IMG/VR virus record: IMGVR_UViG_2718218201_000002
Coordinates: 64,001-117,885 of that record
Length of the DNA stretch: 53,885 nucleotides
DNA from: a virus
Lineage: Duplodnaviria > Heunggongvirae > Uroviricota > Caudoviricetes
Direction: 5' to 3' (one strand)
The notes beneath the pieces were generated by a model. The model was not told the origin of the DNA. It made no database searches and saw only the letters and a program-made list of their open reading frames with translations. Of this stretch, positions 27,160-40,900 are shown piece after piece. The position numbers and the translations under genes are program-made. Position 1 is the first letter of the stretch. Every line of letters begins with the position of its first letter.

Positions 27160-30100
27160 TTGGCAAATGGATTTAATATTGGAATTTTGTCAACCTTAGA
27201 CGTTGATTCAAGCTCCTCTCGTCAACAAATAAACGAAAAGATTAAAGAAATTGAAAAGAATATAAACAAGGTTTCAATTGATATTGAAGCTAAACAAACT
27301 AAAGGTGCTTCAAACGATTTAAGAAGAAGTGCTAACAGTGTTATAGATAACTTAAATAAATCAAGTCAATTAAGAAAAGTTAAAGTTGATTTAGATGTAA
27401 ATTTAACTCAAAGTAAGCAAAACATTAAAAAAGCTATTTCAACTCTATCTGATAACTTATCAAAGAATAAGATTAAAGTTAATATTGATGCAAATGTAGA
27501 TACTAATGCAGTTCAAAGAGCTGGGAAGTCAATATCAACAAATGCACAAAAAGGTCTTGGTACAGTATCCTCCACGACTTCTAAAGGACAAACTCAAGAA
27601 ATCGAAAAAATAAACAATTCGATGTTACATCTACAAAAAACATACTCAGATGTAAGTAAATTAAGTAATGAGCTTTCTAGTGTAAGAGACAATTCTTTAC
27701 GTACTGAAATTAAATCTATCAAAGATGCTAATGGTGCGTTGCAATCATATCAAGTTAATTTACAAAGAATTAACGAATTAGGAAAAACTTTAGGAAAAGA
27801 AAGTTATAACTACAAAGCTAATAGTGATGGCTCATTAAGTTTAGAAAAAGTAGCAGACCTAAATTCTCAAGAAAAGGCACGAAAATTAACTCATGATTCT
27901 ATGGTTAAATCTATGGAGCAAGAAGTAAGTGCTTTAGACAGAATGGTCGAAAAACAAAAGTTATCTACTTCTCAAGCCGAAAATATTAAAAATGTATACA
28001 ATCAGCTTAGCCGTTTGGCTAAAGATAATAAAGTGATTAACCCAGAACAATTCACTAAAGCTAAATCTGAAGCTGACAGACTGCTTAAAAATTATACATT
28101 ACAAAATGAACAATTAAAAGAACAAGAAAAGATTCAATCAGCAATTTCAAAAGAGCTTGAAAGAATTAATAAATTAGAGACCCAAGGTAAAATTAGTAAG
28201 GGTCAAGCCGCCAAGGTGACTGATAAATATAATAATTTTGATAAAAAAATTGATACTGGTGGTGTCAATAATCTATCATCAGAATTTAATAAAGTAAAAC
28301 AGAGTGCTGACGGCTTATTGCTTAATTATTCTCAGCAAAATAAATTATTAAACCAACAAGTTTCATTACTTGCACAAATTGATAGAGCAGAACGTAGATT
28401 AGCTAGTACAATCGATAAACGTGCCACCTCACAATTAAAAGGACAATTACAGAATCTTAATTCAAATGGTAGTGGTACTTTCGGAAAAGAAGCAGCTTAT
28501 CAAATGTCTCAAATTCAAGGACAAGTTAGAACTATTACTGCTGAAGCTGAACGTGCTACAAGGTCACAGCTAGGATTTGTTGAGTCATTCAGGCAAGCAA
28601 TGATTAAGTTCCCTGTTTGGATGGGTGCTACCACTCTGTTTTTTGGTGCAATTAGAAGTGGTCAAAACTTCTTATCAATCATCTCCGATATTGACTCTAA
28701 AATGGTTACTTTATCAAAAGTAATGAATGATAATGCTGATTTAGAATCTGTATTCTTACGGGCTAATGACGCTGCCTTACAATATGGTCAAACGATTAGT
28801 AATGTGTTAGACGTATATGCTGAGTTTGCGAGACAGGGCTATGGTGAAGCTGATACTACTGTATTTGGTAACGCTGCTTTAATAGCTTCCAACGTTGGTG
28901 AAATTGATGCAAAACAGGCATCAGAATACTTAACATCGATGTCAGCTCAATGGGAAACATCAGCTACTGATGCTATGAGACAAGTTGACTCACTCAACCA
29001 AATCTCTAACGAATATGCAACTACTGTTGAAAAATTAGCGCAAGGTCAAGCAAAAGCTGGCTCTACTGCTAAATCAATGGGACTAACTTTTGACGAAACT
29101 AACGCAATTGTCGGTGCTTTAACAGCAAAGACTAAACAATCTGGTGACGAAATTGGTAACTTCTTAAAAGCCGTATTACCTAAGCTATATGTGGGTACAG
29201 GTAAGAACACCATTACTGATTTAGGAATCAATATGAAAGATTCTAACGGACAGTTAAAGAGCGCAATCGCTTTATTAGAAGAAGTATCTCAAAAAATTAA
29301 AAATGTTGATAAAGACCAACAAGCTGCTGTCATACGTGGGCTTGGTGGAACATACCACTATCAACGTATGCAAGTATTACTAGATGACCTATCAAAAGCT
29401 GACTCACTATATAAACAGATTAAAAACACATCAGAAAATTCAGCTGGTTCAGCGATTGCCGAGAACCAAAAATATTTAGAATCTGTTGAAGCTAAAGTTA
29501 ATAGAGCTAAAGTATCAATTGAACAATTTGCAGTTGCTATTGGTGATGCATTTGTTAAATCTGGAATGTTAGATGGTTTAAGATTATTCACTAATTTAAT
29601 GACTGGTCTAACAAGACATGTTCAAGAGTTAGGCTCGACTTCAGTATTAATTGGCACATTAGCTGGGACAATGTCCCTCTTCTCAAAAAATGTTAGAGGT
29701 GGCTTTGAAGATGCTAGACTTAGTATAGCTAACTTTATTGCAGAAGCTAATGACTTAGAGTCAGTCACTCAAAAAATGAAAAAAGCTGATGGTACAGTTG
29801 TTGAGAGAATGGTACTTGAAGGCAGTAAAGGTAGAATAAAAGATAATCAAGTTGGTGCAGCTTCTCAATTAGTAATGGACGAATCACTTGAGAAATATGA
29901 TGTGGCAGCTTCTAAAGCAAAAGCAGCAAGTACATCTACCCTAGCCTTTGCGAATTCACAAAAAACACTGACTACACAAGCATTGCTTACTTCAAGTGCA
30001 TTAAATACTAGCAATATTAAGACGACAGCTACCGCAACAGTTAGCAAAGTAGCTACAGTTGCAGTAAATGGGTTTAAAGCAGCTATGCGTGGATTAGCTT

Positions 30101-33100
30101 CTGCTACTTTAGTTGGAGCCGCAATTGCAGGTATATCATTTGTACTAGAAAAGGTTATTTCTAAGTTCGACAGTGCTTCAAACGCTGCTGAAAATTATAA
30201 AATGCAACAAGATACTCTCAAACAGACAATTGAGAGCATGGGCGGTACTGGTGAAATTGATAAGTTGATTGATAAGTATGGTCAACTTGAAGAGAAAATG
30301 CGTTCTGGTAAATCATTCGATGATACAGAAGCAGCTCAATATAAAGAAACTGTATCTCAAATTAAGAATATTTTTCCGGACTTAGTATCATCTGAAGGTC
30401 AATATGGTGCTACCCTATCAGCTAATAGTAATACATTAAAAGAGCGTGTCGAGCTCATGAAACAGCAACTTGAGATTGAGAAAGAAAATGCTCGTATTAA
30501 GAATGAAGCCGATTTACGTAAACAATATGACGATTCGGTCAAGGAAGCTAATAAACTAAATGGCGGAAAAGGAAATTGGTTTAGTGATAGCATACACAAA
30601 GACCCAGAAACAAAACTAAGAGAACGTGCTGGTTCTGTTGGAACACCAAACGGTAATAATAACGAGATTTATCAATTACAAACTAGAATTGATAAAGTTA
30701 AATCTTTAGAAGAAGCAGAAAAAAGACAAGCAGAAGCGCAAAAACTTTTAGCAGAAGCAAGAAAAAATGGCGACCAAGAAAGTATTTCTTCTCTCGATAG
30801 AATTATCGGTGCACTAGATTCTTATAAAAGTAAAAAGGCTCAAGCTACAGCAGCCGACAACGCAGCAATTGACGCACAAGCTCGTCTCTTCACCTCTCAA
30901 ATAGAACAAATCAAAACAGCTAACTATTCTATTGGTGACTCGGGGAAAGCAATTTTAATTTCTTTAAGCACATCTGTACAAGAGTTTGCAAAGTCGGGTG
31001 AAGACGCAAAGAACACATTTACTACATTAAATGGTTTGTTAACTCAAGATGCTGGATTTGCAAATAAGATGCAAGAATACGAAGCAGCATTAAATAGCTT
31101 TAAAAATGCCAAAAACGAGACAGAACGGCAGATAGATTGCCAGTATTACAAGCTGCTTACACTAAGGTAGCTCAAGCAATTTTAGACGCTGCTAGAGCTG
31201 CCAATTTTTCAAAAGAAGAACAAAATAAGTTAAAACAAAGTTTAGAAACTAATATTGAAGCTGAGACTGGTTACTCTGCATCAATAAGTAGGTCTGGTCA
31301 AGTTTCTATTGAAACCGCAAAGAAAATTGATGCAAATACGAACTCAGTAGATAAAAACACAGTAGCAAAAGAGGACAATGCTGAAGCTAGTGAGAAACAA
31401 GCGGAAGCAAACAAACAACTTGCTGATTCGTTAAGAGAGACCGGAAATACTCACGAGCTTTTGAATAATTCACTTAATGAATTGTCTGAAGGCGATTTAT
31501 CTTGGAACAACCTAACTAGCTTAGTCGAAAAATACGGTGAAGAAGTTTTAGGCGTAGCCAATAACCATGAAGCATTAACTGAATTTATTAAAGCCAAACA
31601 AGATGAAGAAACTGAAAACTTCAATGCTAATTTACAGAAAAAATTAGACAATAGCGAGGCTTATTATAATTCAGTTGCTGGTAAAGGTACTGAACTTGCC
31701 GAGCATTTAATGCAAACCTATGGTATTGATGCCAGTAATTATAACACTTTAACTGAATTAAAAGCTGGGATTACCGATATATATAACCATGGTTCAGCTA
31801 AACAACAAGAAAAATTAGTGAACCAAATTGCTCAACATTATGGAGTAGACTTGTCCAACTATGGAACTTTAGGTAAGAAAAAAGATGCTTTAGAAAAAGC
31901 TATTTTGCAAGCCTTAGGTAAAAAATGGGCTGCTCATATTAACGAATTGCGTAGGATTGCTGATGAGGCATTCGCCGATATCCCTGAAGCTCCCAAAGAT
32001 ACCAATACCGCAGAATATGCTGACTATATCGAGAAAAGTTGGAATGCTGCAAAAGCATCTACTGATTCAACAGTTGCTAACTTAACTTATTCATGGCAAA
32101 TCGGGCAAACTATTGATGGCGCTATCGACAGCATTATCGGTGGAGATAAAGTGTTTAAACAAGCTGCTGACTCGGCTGGCAAATTAGGCTCAGTAGCAAA
32201 AGACTTAGGAAATGGACTAGATAAGACGGGTAAAGGTGGAGACAGAGCCTCCAAAGGTTTAGGCAAAGCTGGTAAGGCAATGGACAAAGCATCTAAAGAA
32301 GCTGATAAACTTGAAAAAGAAGCTGCTTCTGCTGGGGTAAGTGTTGAGAAATTATACAAAACATTTACAGTAACAACTTATGTTGCTGATGAATTACAGA
32401 TGGCTTTAGACAAAGTCAATTTCCAGCTAGAAAAACAAAAATTAAACACACAAAAATATGCTGTCTGGTCTCAAAAATATCGTGACTCATTAAAAGCAGA
32501 AAACAAATTAATAGATGAAAAAACGAAAAAACTTAATGAGCAAATTAAATCCATGCAAGAACAAATTAAAGCTGGTCAAGTTATTGAATACGGATTGGTA
32601 AATAGTGATTATAACGCTCCTTACTTGAAATTTACTGCGAATGGCTTAGACGGCGGTAAAACAGCGTCTATTGGCGCAGTTGGTTCTACAACTCAAGAGA
32701 AAGTTTGGAACTATTTACGTGGCAAAGGTTTATCCGAGCATGCGGTTGCAGGTATTATGGGTAATATTGAACGTGAATCAAGATTCTTACCTAATGCTAA
32801 AGAGCCTAATGGCACTGGTATTGGCTTAGTACAGTGGTCATTCGGTCGTGCTGATAATCTCAGAAACTTTGCAAAAAGACGTGGTAAATCTTGGGCTGAC
32901 TTGAACACACAATTAGATTTCTTGTGGCAAGAATTACAAACGACAGAACGTGGAGCGCTAAATGCGTTAAAAGCATCAGGTTCAGTCATTGGTGCCGCTG
33001 ATGCATTCCAACGTAAATTTGAACGTGCCGGTGTTGTTGCTCAAGGACAGCGTAATTCAGCGGCTAATAGGTATTACAAGCAGTTTAAAGGTTCTAACGG

Positions 33101-35717
33101 TGGTTCGGCAGTTAAAGTAACTAATGCAGGACAAAGTATTGTTGCTGGTTGGAAGAAAACTGCGCCTTTCGGTCACTACTATGGAACTAACACTCCACAC
33201 TATGGTGTTGACTATGCTTCTAGCGTTGGCTCCCCTATCAGAGCAGCGCGTGGTGGTGTCGTTTTATCTTCTGGTTGGAGTAATTATGGTGGAGGTAACC
33301 AAATTGTAATTTACAACCCTAAGTTGAATAAAACATTCACATATATGCATATGTTGAGTGACTTACGAGTTAAAAAAGGACAACAAGTAGTTGCTGGTCA
33401 ATTAATTGGACGTATGGGAAATACAGGTAATTCTTCGGGTCCTCACTTGCATTTCCAAGTTAATGAAGGTAAAGGATTCACAGCTGCTGGTACTTCATTT
33501 ACTGGTTGGAACAGAGCTATTAATCCAGAGCCATACTTAAGAATTGCTGGTGATAACGGAAAATTTGACTTCAGAAATATGGGTAACTTAGACATACCTA
33601 CTGGAGAATTATCACAAGCTATGGTTGATAGTTATAACCAAGCTCAAGAGCAAATGTTAGCTGAGATTGAAGCTGGTATTAACGAACATAACGAATCTGA
33701 AAAGATGAAGCAAAAAGTTGATGAGTTACGTAAAAAACTGATGGATACGCAACTTGAATTAGTAAGAAATGTGCAAGCTAAAAATGAGAACTTGTTTAAT
33801 ATCCATAAATCTAATATAGCCTCTTTTGACCATTCTAGAGAGTTGCAAGCAGCTAAGTCAGCCAAATATGAATACGAACTTAATAAGATTGAGTTTGAAA
33901 AAGGTCGTAATAGTAAAGATTGGCGTAAAAAGAATGAACAACTTCAAACTTCTAAGGAGCTAGAAAAAGGTTGGGAACAAGACAAGATTAAATATATCGA
34001 CAAAGTTATTAAACAGAATAAAGGCGGTATATTAGGCAAACAAACAGCCTTTAGAGATGAGCTAGAAAAGGTTAAGCGAGAAGCGCAACAAAATGTTCGG
34101 GACATTGCTTCGGGCATTATGCGTGCACGTGGTGAAATTATTGCTTCATTAATCGACCAAATTATCGAGGACTATACTAAAGACACAGAAAAGATACAAA
34201 GAAGTATTGACTCAATTGGTAAGAAGAAAGGTCATCTTGACCCAGCTAACGTAGACCAAGCCAAAACTTTAGTTGATTTAACTACTCAACAACACAAAGA
34301 AGCAACTAAACTTGCTGAGAAAACAAAATTCTACATAACTCAACTGGAAGCACAAGCTAAGAAAGTTAAGAAAAACGCCGAGTTAAAGAAGCGTCTTACA
34401 AATCAAATCAAAGAAATGAAAACTGCTTTTGATGATGCTACTTTATCAGCGCATGAATTCTTGAAAGAAGCAGCCGACTTGGCTATTGAACGTCAATTAA
34501 CTATCAATGCTCGCAGATTAAAAGAATTTCAAGCTGAATTAAGAAAAGCTGAATACAAAAACGCATTTGTTAATTCAGAGTTCCAAATTGATTTATTTAG
34601 AGACGGTCAAGAAAAGATGCTTAATGGTTATGCTAAAGAGCAACAAGCATTGGAGAAAAACAAAAAAGAGCTTGAAGAGCAATTAAAACTATACAAGAAG
34701 CTACCTGCTCAGTCTGAAAAGATTAAAGATTCAATTGAAGAAATCACTAACGCTCTACAAGAGAATAACAAGTCGTTGCATAACCTAAGATTCGAGTTAG
34801 CAAATAGTATTATCAACTCAATGAAAACTGTTTACCAAAAGCAATTAGAGGTTGCTACTAAAGCATATGACGACGAATATAAAGAATACGAGAAGTTAAT
34901 TAATAAGAAACTTAAATTAATTGACGAAGAAGCACAAGAAGAAACTTTCCAAAAAGATGTTAAAGAAAAGACAGAAAATCTCAACAAAATCAGAGATGAG
35001 ATTGCGCAACGTCTTGGCGACGACAGTTTAGCTAACCAAAAGAAACTTAAAGACTTACGTGAACAACTCAGACAAGGTGAAGAAGAATACGAAACCTATT
35101 TGAGAAACAAGAATCGAGAAGACCGTAAGCAAGCATTACAAGATGAGTTGCAAGACAAAAATGACCAATTAACACAACAAAAAGAAGACTTGAATAAAGC
35201 ATTTACTGACCTATTAGAAGATACAAGAAGATTCAATAGCATTCAGGAAGAATTAATGGCTGGCCAGATTGATAAGTACAAAGCAATGGTCGAAGACTTA
35301 ACCAAGTTTGTTTCTGACAACATGAAAGACATTGGAAATTCGGTTGGACAAAATATTATCGATGGTATTGATGAGACTTTCAAAAACTTGTTAGAGGTTG
35401 CACAATTGTTGCAAAAACAAGATAAAGGTAATAACCCAGTACCTAATTCGAGTTTGAAACCTAAGCCTTTAAGTGAAGCCACTGCAGCCGCTATTAAACA
35501 AATAAATGCAGTAGCTCCATCAGCAATTCTGAATGGTCTACAGATTAAAGATATTGTTAAACCTAAAGACATTGGTAAATCAACTAATGTTACTACGAAT
35601 AACAATACTCAAGCTAAGTCATTAGTCAATATCGAGAACTTCAACGGAAGTAAGAAAGAAGTTGACGATTTAGTTGGTACATTAGAAAACGCATTAAGAA
35701 AAAAAGGAACGATTTAA
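27160..35717 (+). CDS. Tape measure protein (about 2850 aa) with phage-tail-lysozyme-like and M23 peptidase domains; 1-nt frameshift near 31127
   Basis: TTG start after SD AAGGAG. TP901-type core; AGIMGNIERES...GIGLVQWS; HYGVDY...YMHM...GPHLHFQV. Adding one G at CGGCA joins the two ORFs. Confidence 0.9.
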
Positions 35718-35734
35718 AAGGAGATGAAAACTAA

Positions 35735-37819
35735 TTGAGGAACTTATATTCTATGGAATATACAGAGTTAAGCAATGCTCCTCACTTCATCTTTAACGGT
35801 CAACACACAAAGGACTTTAATGTTATTAATGTTCAATCAGACAGCGGTTTGGCGAAGGAGACATTCCTTCCCGACCGTAACTTGATTGTTGAAAAAACAA
35901 GATATAGTGATAAGGCATATTTGCTAGGATACAACGAAGAGCCTTTAAAATTTAAAATACGACTCCTATTTGATGAGCATAAATTAACACAACAAAACTT
36001 AATGGCTTTAAGACGATGGATTGATACTAGCACTTTTAAAGAGTTAAAATTTGATACTGAAGAAGAATCAAACATGCATATTGTTGTTTACGCAATGGTT
36101 ACTGGTACGTCTGAATTATCTCACAATGTTATCAATGATGGCTATGTGGATTTAGAATTCACCACTAATAGCTCTAGAAGATATTCAGAAATTTTAGAGG
36201 AAGAATACGATTTCTCTACTAGCGCTACTGACAAACTCATTAATGAGTATAATGGCGAATTTTCAAGAGTGCGTCGTTTAGCTGACTCATTAGGTAAATC
36301 TTTAAAACAGTACGTAGCAAGAACAAATTATGCAAATATTGAAGAATTTTTTACTGATAAGAATAAAGATAGAATACCAGATGGCTGGAAAGTTGTTTCT
36401 GGTGATAAGTCTAATATTTCTTATGATGACGAGTCAAAGAGAATTACACTTAACAACGTCCATTTAAGAAAAAGATTTAACGGTATTAATGGGCGTAACT
36501 ACTATATGCGTGTGCACGGCAACAATGGTAAGATTCGTATCCATGAAAAAGATTATGAAATTAATGATTTAGGTGTTCATGAGTTTGTGTACAGACGCAA
36601 CTTGTTAGGTCATCACGGAACATTCGATATTGACAGCTCAAGAGATGGTATCGGTGAAGGTTGGATTAAAGTTGGTTCCACTGGTAATTTCGCATTAAAT
36701 ACACAAGAAGAAGTTCAAATTATCAAGAACGGTGGAGTATTAACCTCCCCTCTCAATATTGTTGAAGGCAAAAAATATGTCGCAGTAGCTTATGACCCAA
36801 ATCAAAATTCAACAATTCAAATTGGTGATACAATTTCAACCAATGAAAGTAATGACTTTAATACTTTTAGATTTATTGGTAAAGCAGCAGATAATTCAAT
36901 CACAATTAAACAAGCTAAGAGAAACAAAAATGCAAGATTAACTTATATTCGTGTATACATGGTAAACGATGAAGAATATGAGCAATTTAATGATTTATCG
37001 GTAGAAGAGATTGACAATCTTTACCCCTACTTTGACTCTCACTCTTATTTTGAGTTGGACTTCAAAAACACAGAGGGATACATTGATTATATTGACCTTT
37101 GGGAATTAAATCCATTAAACAAGAAAAAACTTGACTCTGGCACCCCTATCGAGAAGTTAGTTTACTTTAATTATGAAAAATACTTAAAGATGTTAGACGG
37201 ACATAAAGGTGATTTAGATAACTTAACTAAAGACATTGGAGAAACATTTGCAAAAATAAGCGGTATCAGTGGTTTAGAGGTAACTGAGTATAAAGATAAA
37301 ATTACCATTTTATTAGAAAAAATCGGTTCAGAAATCGCTAAATTACGCAAAGGTGACAATATGAAACTTTACCAGTGGGACGATATGCAACCTCATTACA
37401 AACAATTTAAACAAATTATGATAGATATTGTCCCAGTAATGAAAGAATTTATCAATTATATTGAAATCAATCATACTTTAATTGACGGCTCACACGAAAT
37501 TGGGACAGATAAAGTTACTATTTTTAATTATGGTGACAAGCCTGTCTACCCTACTTTCGAATTCGAGTCTGTTGATGGTTCTGACATAATGATTAATAAT
37601 ATCGATACTGGCGAGAAAACAATTATAACTGATAACATCAAAGGTGAGAAGATTGAAATGATTGGTTCTGCTGAACAAATTTATTCTTCTCGACCAGCAC
37701 CGTATTATAAATATAATTCACATGACGACGTATTTATTAGACTCAAGCGAGGTTATAACGATATTGAGTTTAGTGGTAATTATCGCTTAAAGATTAAATA
37801 CCAGTTTGTGTTGTTGTAA
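35735..37819 (+). CDS. Distal tail protein (Dit) with a large central insertion
   Basis: Dit-like N-terminus (FIFNG...) and C-terminus (IFNYGDKPVYPTFE...LKRGYNDIEF) flank about 400 extra residues. Confidence 0.78.
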   Translation: MRNLYSMEYTELSNAPHFIFNGQHTKDFNVINVQSDSGLAKETFLPDRNLIVEKTRYSDKAYLLGYNEEPLKFKIRLLFDEHKLTQQNLMALRRWIDTSTFKELKFDTEEESNMHIVVYAMVTGTSELSHNVINDGYVDLEFTTNSSRRYSEILEEEYDFSTSATDKLINEYNGEFSRVRRLADSLGKSLKQYVARTNYANIEEFFTDKNKDRIPDGWKVVSGDKSNISYDDESKRITLNNVHLRKRFNGINGRNYYMRVHGNNGKIRIHEKDYEINDLGVHEFVYRRNLLGHHGTFDIDSSRDGIGEGWIKVGSTGNFALNTQEEVQIIKNGGVLTSPLNIVEGKKYVAVAYDPNQNSTIQIGDTISTNESNDFNTFRFIGKAADNSITIKQAKRNKNARLTYIRVYMVNDEEYEQFNDLSVEEIDNLYPYFDSHSYFELDFKNTEGYIDYIDLWELNPLNKKKLDSGTPIEKLVYFNYEKYLKMLDGHKGDLDNLTKDIGETFAKISGISGLEVTEYKDKITILLEKIGSEIAKLRKGDNMKLYQWDDMQPHYKQFKQIMIDIVPVMKEFINYIEINHTLIDGSHEIGTDKVTIFNYGDKPVYPTFEFESVDGSDIMINNIDTGEKTIITDNIKGEKIEMIGSAEQIYSSRPAPYYKYNSHDDVFIRLKRGYNDIEFSGNYRLKIKYQFVLL

Positions 37820-37879
37820 TATTAGCTTAAACAAAGAAGGCATGCGCAAGAAGCTAAAAAAAGAGATTAACTTTTAACT

Positions 37880-37912
37880 AGCCATGACATTTTTAGTCGT
37901 GGCTTTTTATTT
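37880..37912 (+). terminator. Rho-independent terminator
   Basis: AGCCATGAC/GTCGTGGCT stem plus T-run. Confidence 0.75.
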
Positions 37913-37939
37913 TGCACAAAATTAATTGGAGGGAAACAA

Positions 37940-40900
37940 ATGGCTTTAAATAAACATTTTGCTTTTGATTTTGAAGATAGACCAAAGCCAAAATTATGGT
38001 TGTTAAAACCAGACTATACACGAATAGAACGAATCACAGGCTTCACTAAATTACAAGGAACATTTAAACACACTAATATTAATCAAATTAGTTTTCAAAT
38101 CGCACCAGTGGTATTTAATGAGTTAGAACATGAAGAGAAAAAGAACCCTATTTTTGATTTAATTAAAAATAAATATCTAATTGAATATCAATATAACGGT
38201 TTCAAAGATACATTTGTAATCGACGATATTAAAAAAGTTTCTACCGAATCTGACTCAATTGAAGTAACAGCCGACTCACTTTGCAACGAATTATCTAAAA
38301 AATCGGCAAACGAAGTTGAATTATTAGGCTCTACTTTAGAAAATTCGATGAATGAAGTGTTAAAAACATATGCCCCTTTGTGGTCTGTTAAATCAATTGA
38401 CGGTAAATTAAATGATGTAAAGAGAGAATTAACAGCTCAAACTACAACTGTTATGGGATTGATTGAACAACTCAATGGATTATTTGATTCAGTAGCTGTT
38501 TTCGACAATAACAATCGTGAAATATCGTTCTATCATAAAGAAAATGTGGGTGTTAATCGTGGTCTAAGAATAAGAGAAAATAGTTATTTAAAATCATTTG
38601 AAGATTCATTTGTTTCAAAAGACATTATCACAAGGTTATACCCTTTTGGTAATAATGGTTTGACAATTCAAAGTGTTAATCCAGCCGGAACTGATTATAT
38701 CGAAGACTTCTCTTATTTCCTCCACCCTTTTAAAAGAGATGTTGAGCGGAATGTAATTAGGCACAGTGATTATATGTCAGACGAGTTAGCTCATGCCTTA
38801 TTGGACTATAAAGAGTATTATGATTCAAAGAAAGAAGAAGCAGAAAAATTCAGTAAACGATATACTGATATTCTAGTTGAACATTCAAACGAGAAATTCA
38901 AGTTGAATCAATTAGCTGCTACATTTGAGCGATTAAGAGAACGTAAAGAGTTGTTAACTCCTAAATCAGAATATATTGATTTGGGCGTTAAGTCTGGGAA
39001 CTTTGATATTATTGTTGAGAAATCATCTTATTATGTACTAATGATTCAAAACTTGGGACACCTGTCACGTATACGTTTCCAAGGTCAAATCTATGACATT
39101 CCTACTAACGATTGGTTATACCTCAAGATTGATACCGGTGATTTTCAAGACGCTTTAAAGTATAAAGATAAATTAAAATATACGATTGAAACATTAAGCA
39201 CTAGACCAGAATACAGAGTTGTACTAACACGCTCTTCTAGAAATGACTATGAGGATTTAGAAGGAGAAAAACTAGAAAGAAAGTACAACTATGAAAAGTA
39301 CAAGAAATTAGTTGATGACCAATCAAGAGTAGTTGCTACTATTGAGAGACGTATGAAGAGCTATGAAGATGAAAAGAAATCGTTAATTGAGTCAATGAAT
39401 CCTAAACGTTTTCTATCTCCAGAACTGTATAAGGAGCGAGAACAATTTGTATATGGCGCTGTTTGGACAGAAGAAAACCATACAGAAGCAAAAGAGTTAT
39501 ATGATGATGCTATTAAGCAAATGAAAAAGCAAAAAATACTAAACAGAACATTAAACATCAGTGTCGTAAATTTCATTCAGTCATTAGAAGATAAGCATAA
39601 TTGGGACAAATTAGTTGCTGGTGATGTAATCACGTTCTCCAATAAAGCATTTGACGAAAAGTTAAAGGCGTATATTACTGATATTCAAATTAATTTTGAT
39701 GAGAATAATGTGACACTTACGGTAAGTGACGTTATTGATTATAAGAATAGCGCAGAGGTTGTATCAGAATTAATTGCTTCAACTGCTTCTAGTGCAGCAC
39801 AAGTTAATTTTCATAAAGAACAGATTCGTGAACAAAGAGGAAAACTAACAAAGATGTCTCAATTAATTGAAGCTGAATGGGACGCTAATAAGAAACGTGT
39901 GCTTGCCGGAAATGAAACAGTAGATATTGGTTCTCATGGTGTGAAAGTAATCTCCAACGAAAATCCAAGTGAGTTTGTTATTATGGTTGGCGGCGTAATC
40001 GCTATGACTAAAAATAATGGTGAAACTTTTAAAACTGGTGTTACACCTGACGGCGTAAACGCAGAGATGCTTATCGGTAAAATGATTGTTGGTGAGTCAT
40101 TAACAATGGAAAATGAGTCTGGTAGTTTTAGGTTTGATAAAGATGGTCTAACAGTTGATAAATCAGCTTTTCATTTAATGACTTCTGATGGTGAAGATTA
40201 TTTCGATAAGATGAAAAAACAACTTGAAGAAGAAAATAAAGTTAAAAATGATTTAATTAGAGATGAGTTTGATAGAAAACTAAACATTGCTATCAGTGAA
40301 GCTATCGATGTTGAAAGTATTGTCAATGAAACTAGCGATATTATTAAAGAAACTTTTGCCGATGGCGTTATTACAGATGTAGAGAAACGATTAATTAAAG
40401 ATACTTTAGCAACGCTTGAGAAAGAAAATAGTGAGTTTAAGCAACAAGTTGAGCAAGCATACAACCACCCTTACATTTTAAGTGAAGACATTATCAAGCT
40501 AGATGAAGCAATGGCGGTATATAACGGTATTTATGAATCGTTGGTGGTAAATATAAATGAATCGATTAGTGACTCTAAGATTACTTCTCAAGAGTCAAAA
40601 TCAGTAAACGATTCATTAATCCATTATCGTGAAGAAATAAAAGACATTCTAGTTATTCTTCAAGAAATTATGGAACGTAATTTGAATAATCAACTCAACC
40701 AGATTATTTCTGAGTCTCATGATTACGCCGATAAGATTTCATTAGATATTAAAGATGAACTAAAAGATTTAAGCAAGTCAATCAATGACGCTGATGAATA
40801 TATTAAAGGTGCATTTTCAGATAATATTTTTGATAGCATTGAAATAGAAAATATTAAAACATTATTATTAATTGTTAACAGTGAACTTGAAGATATATCA

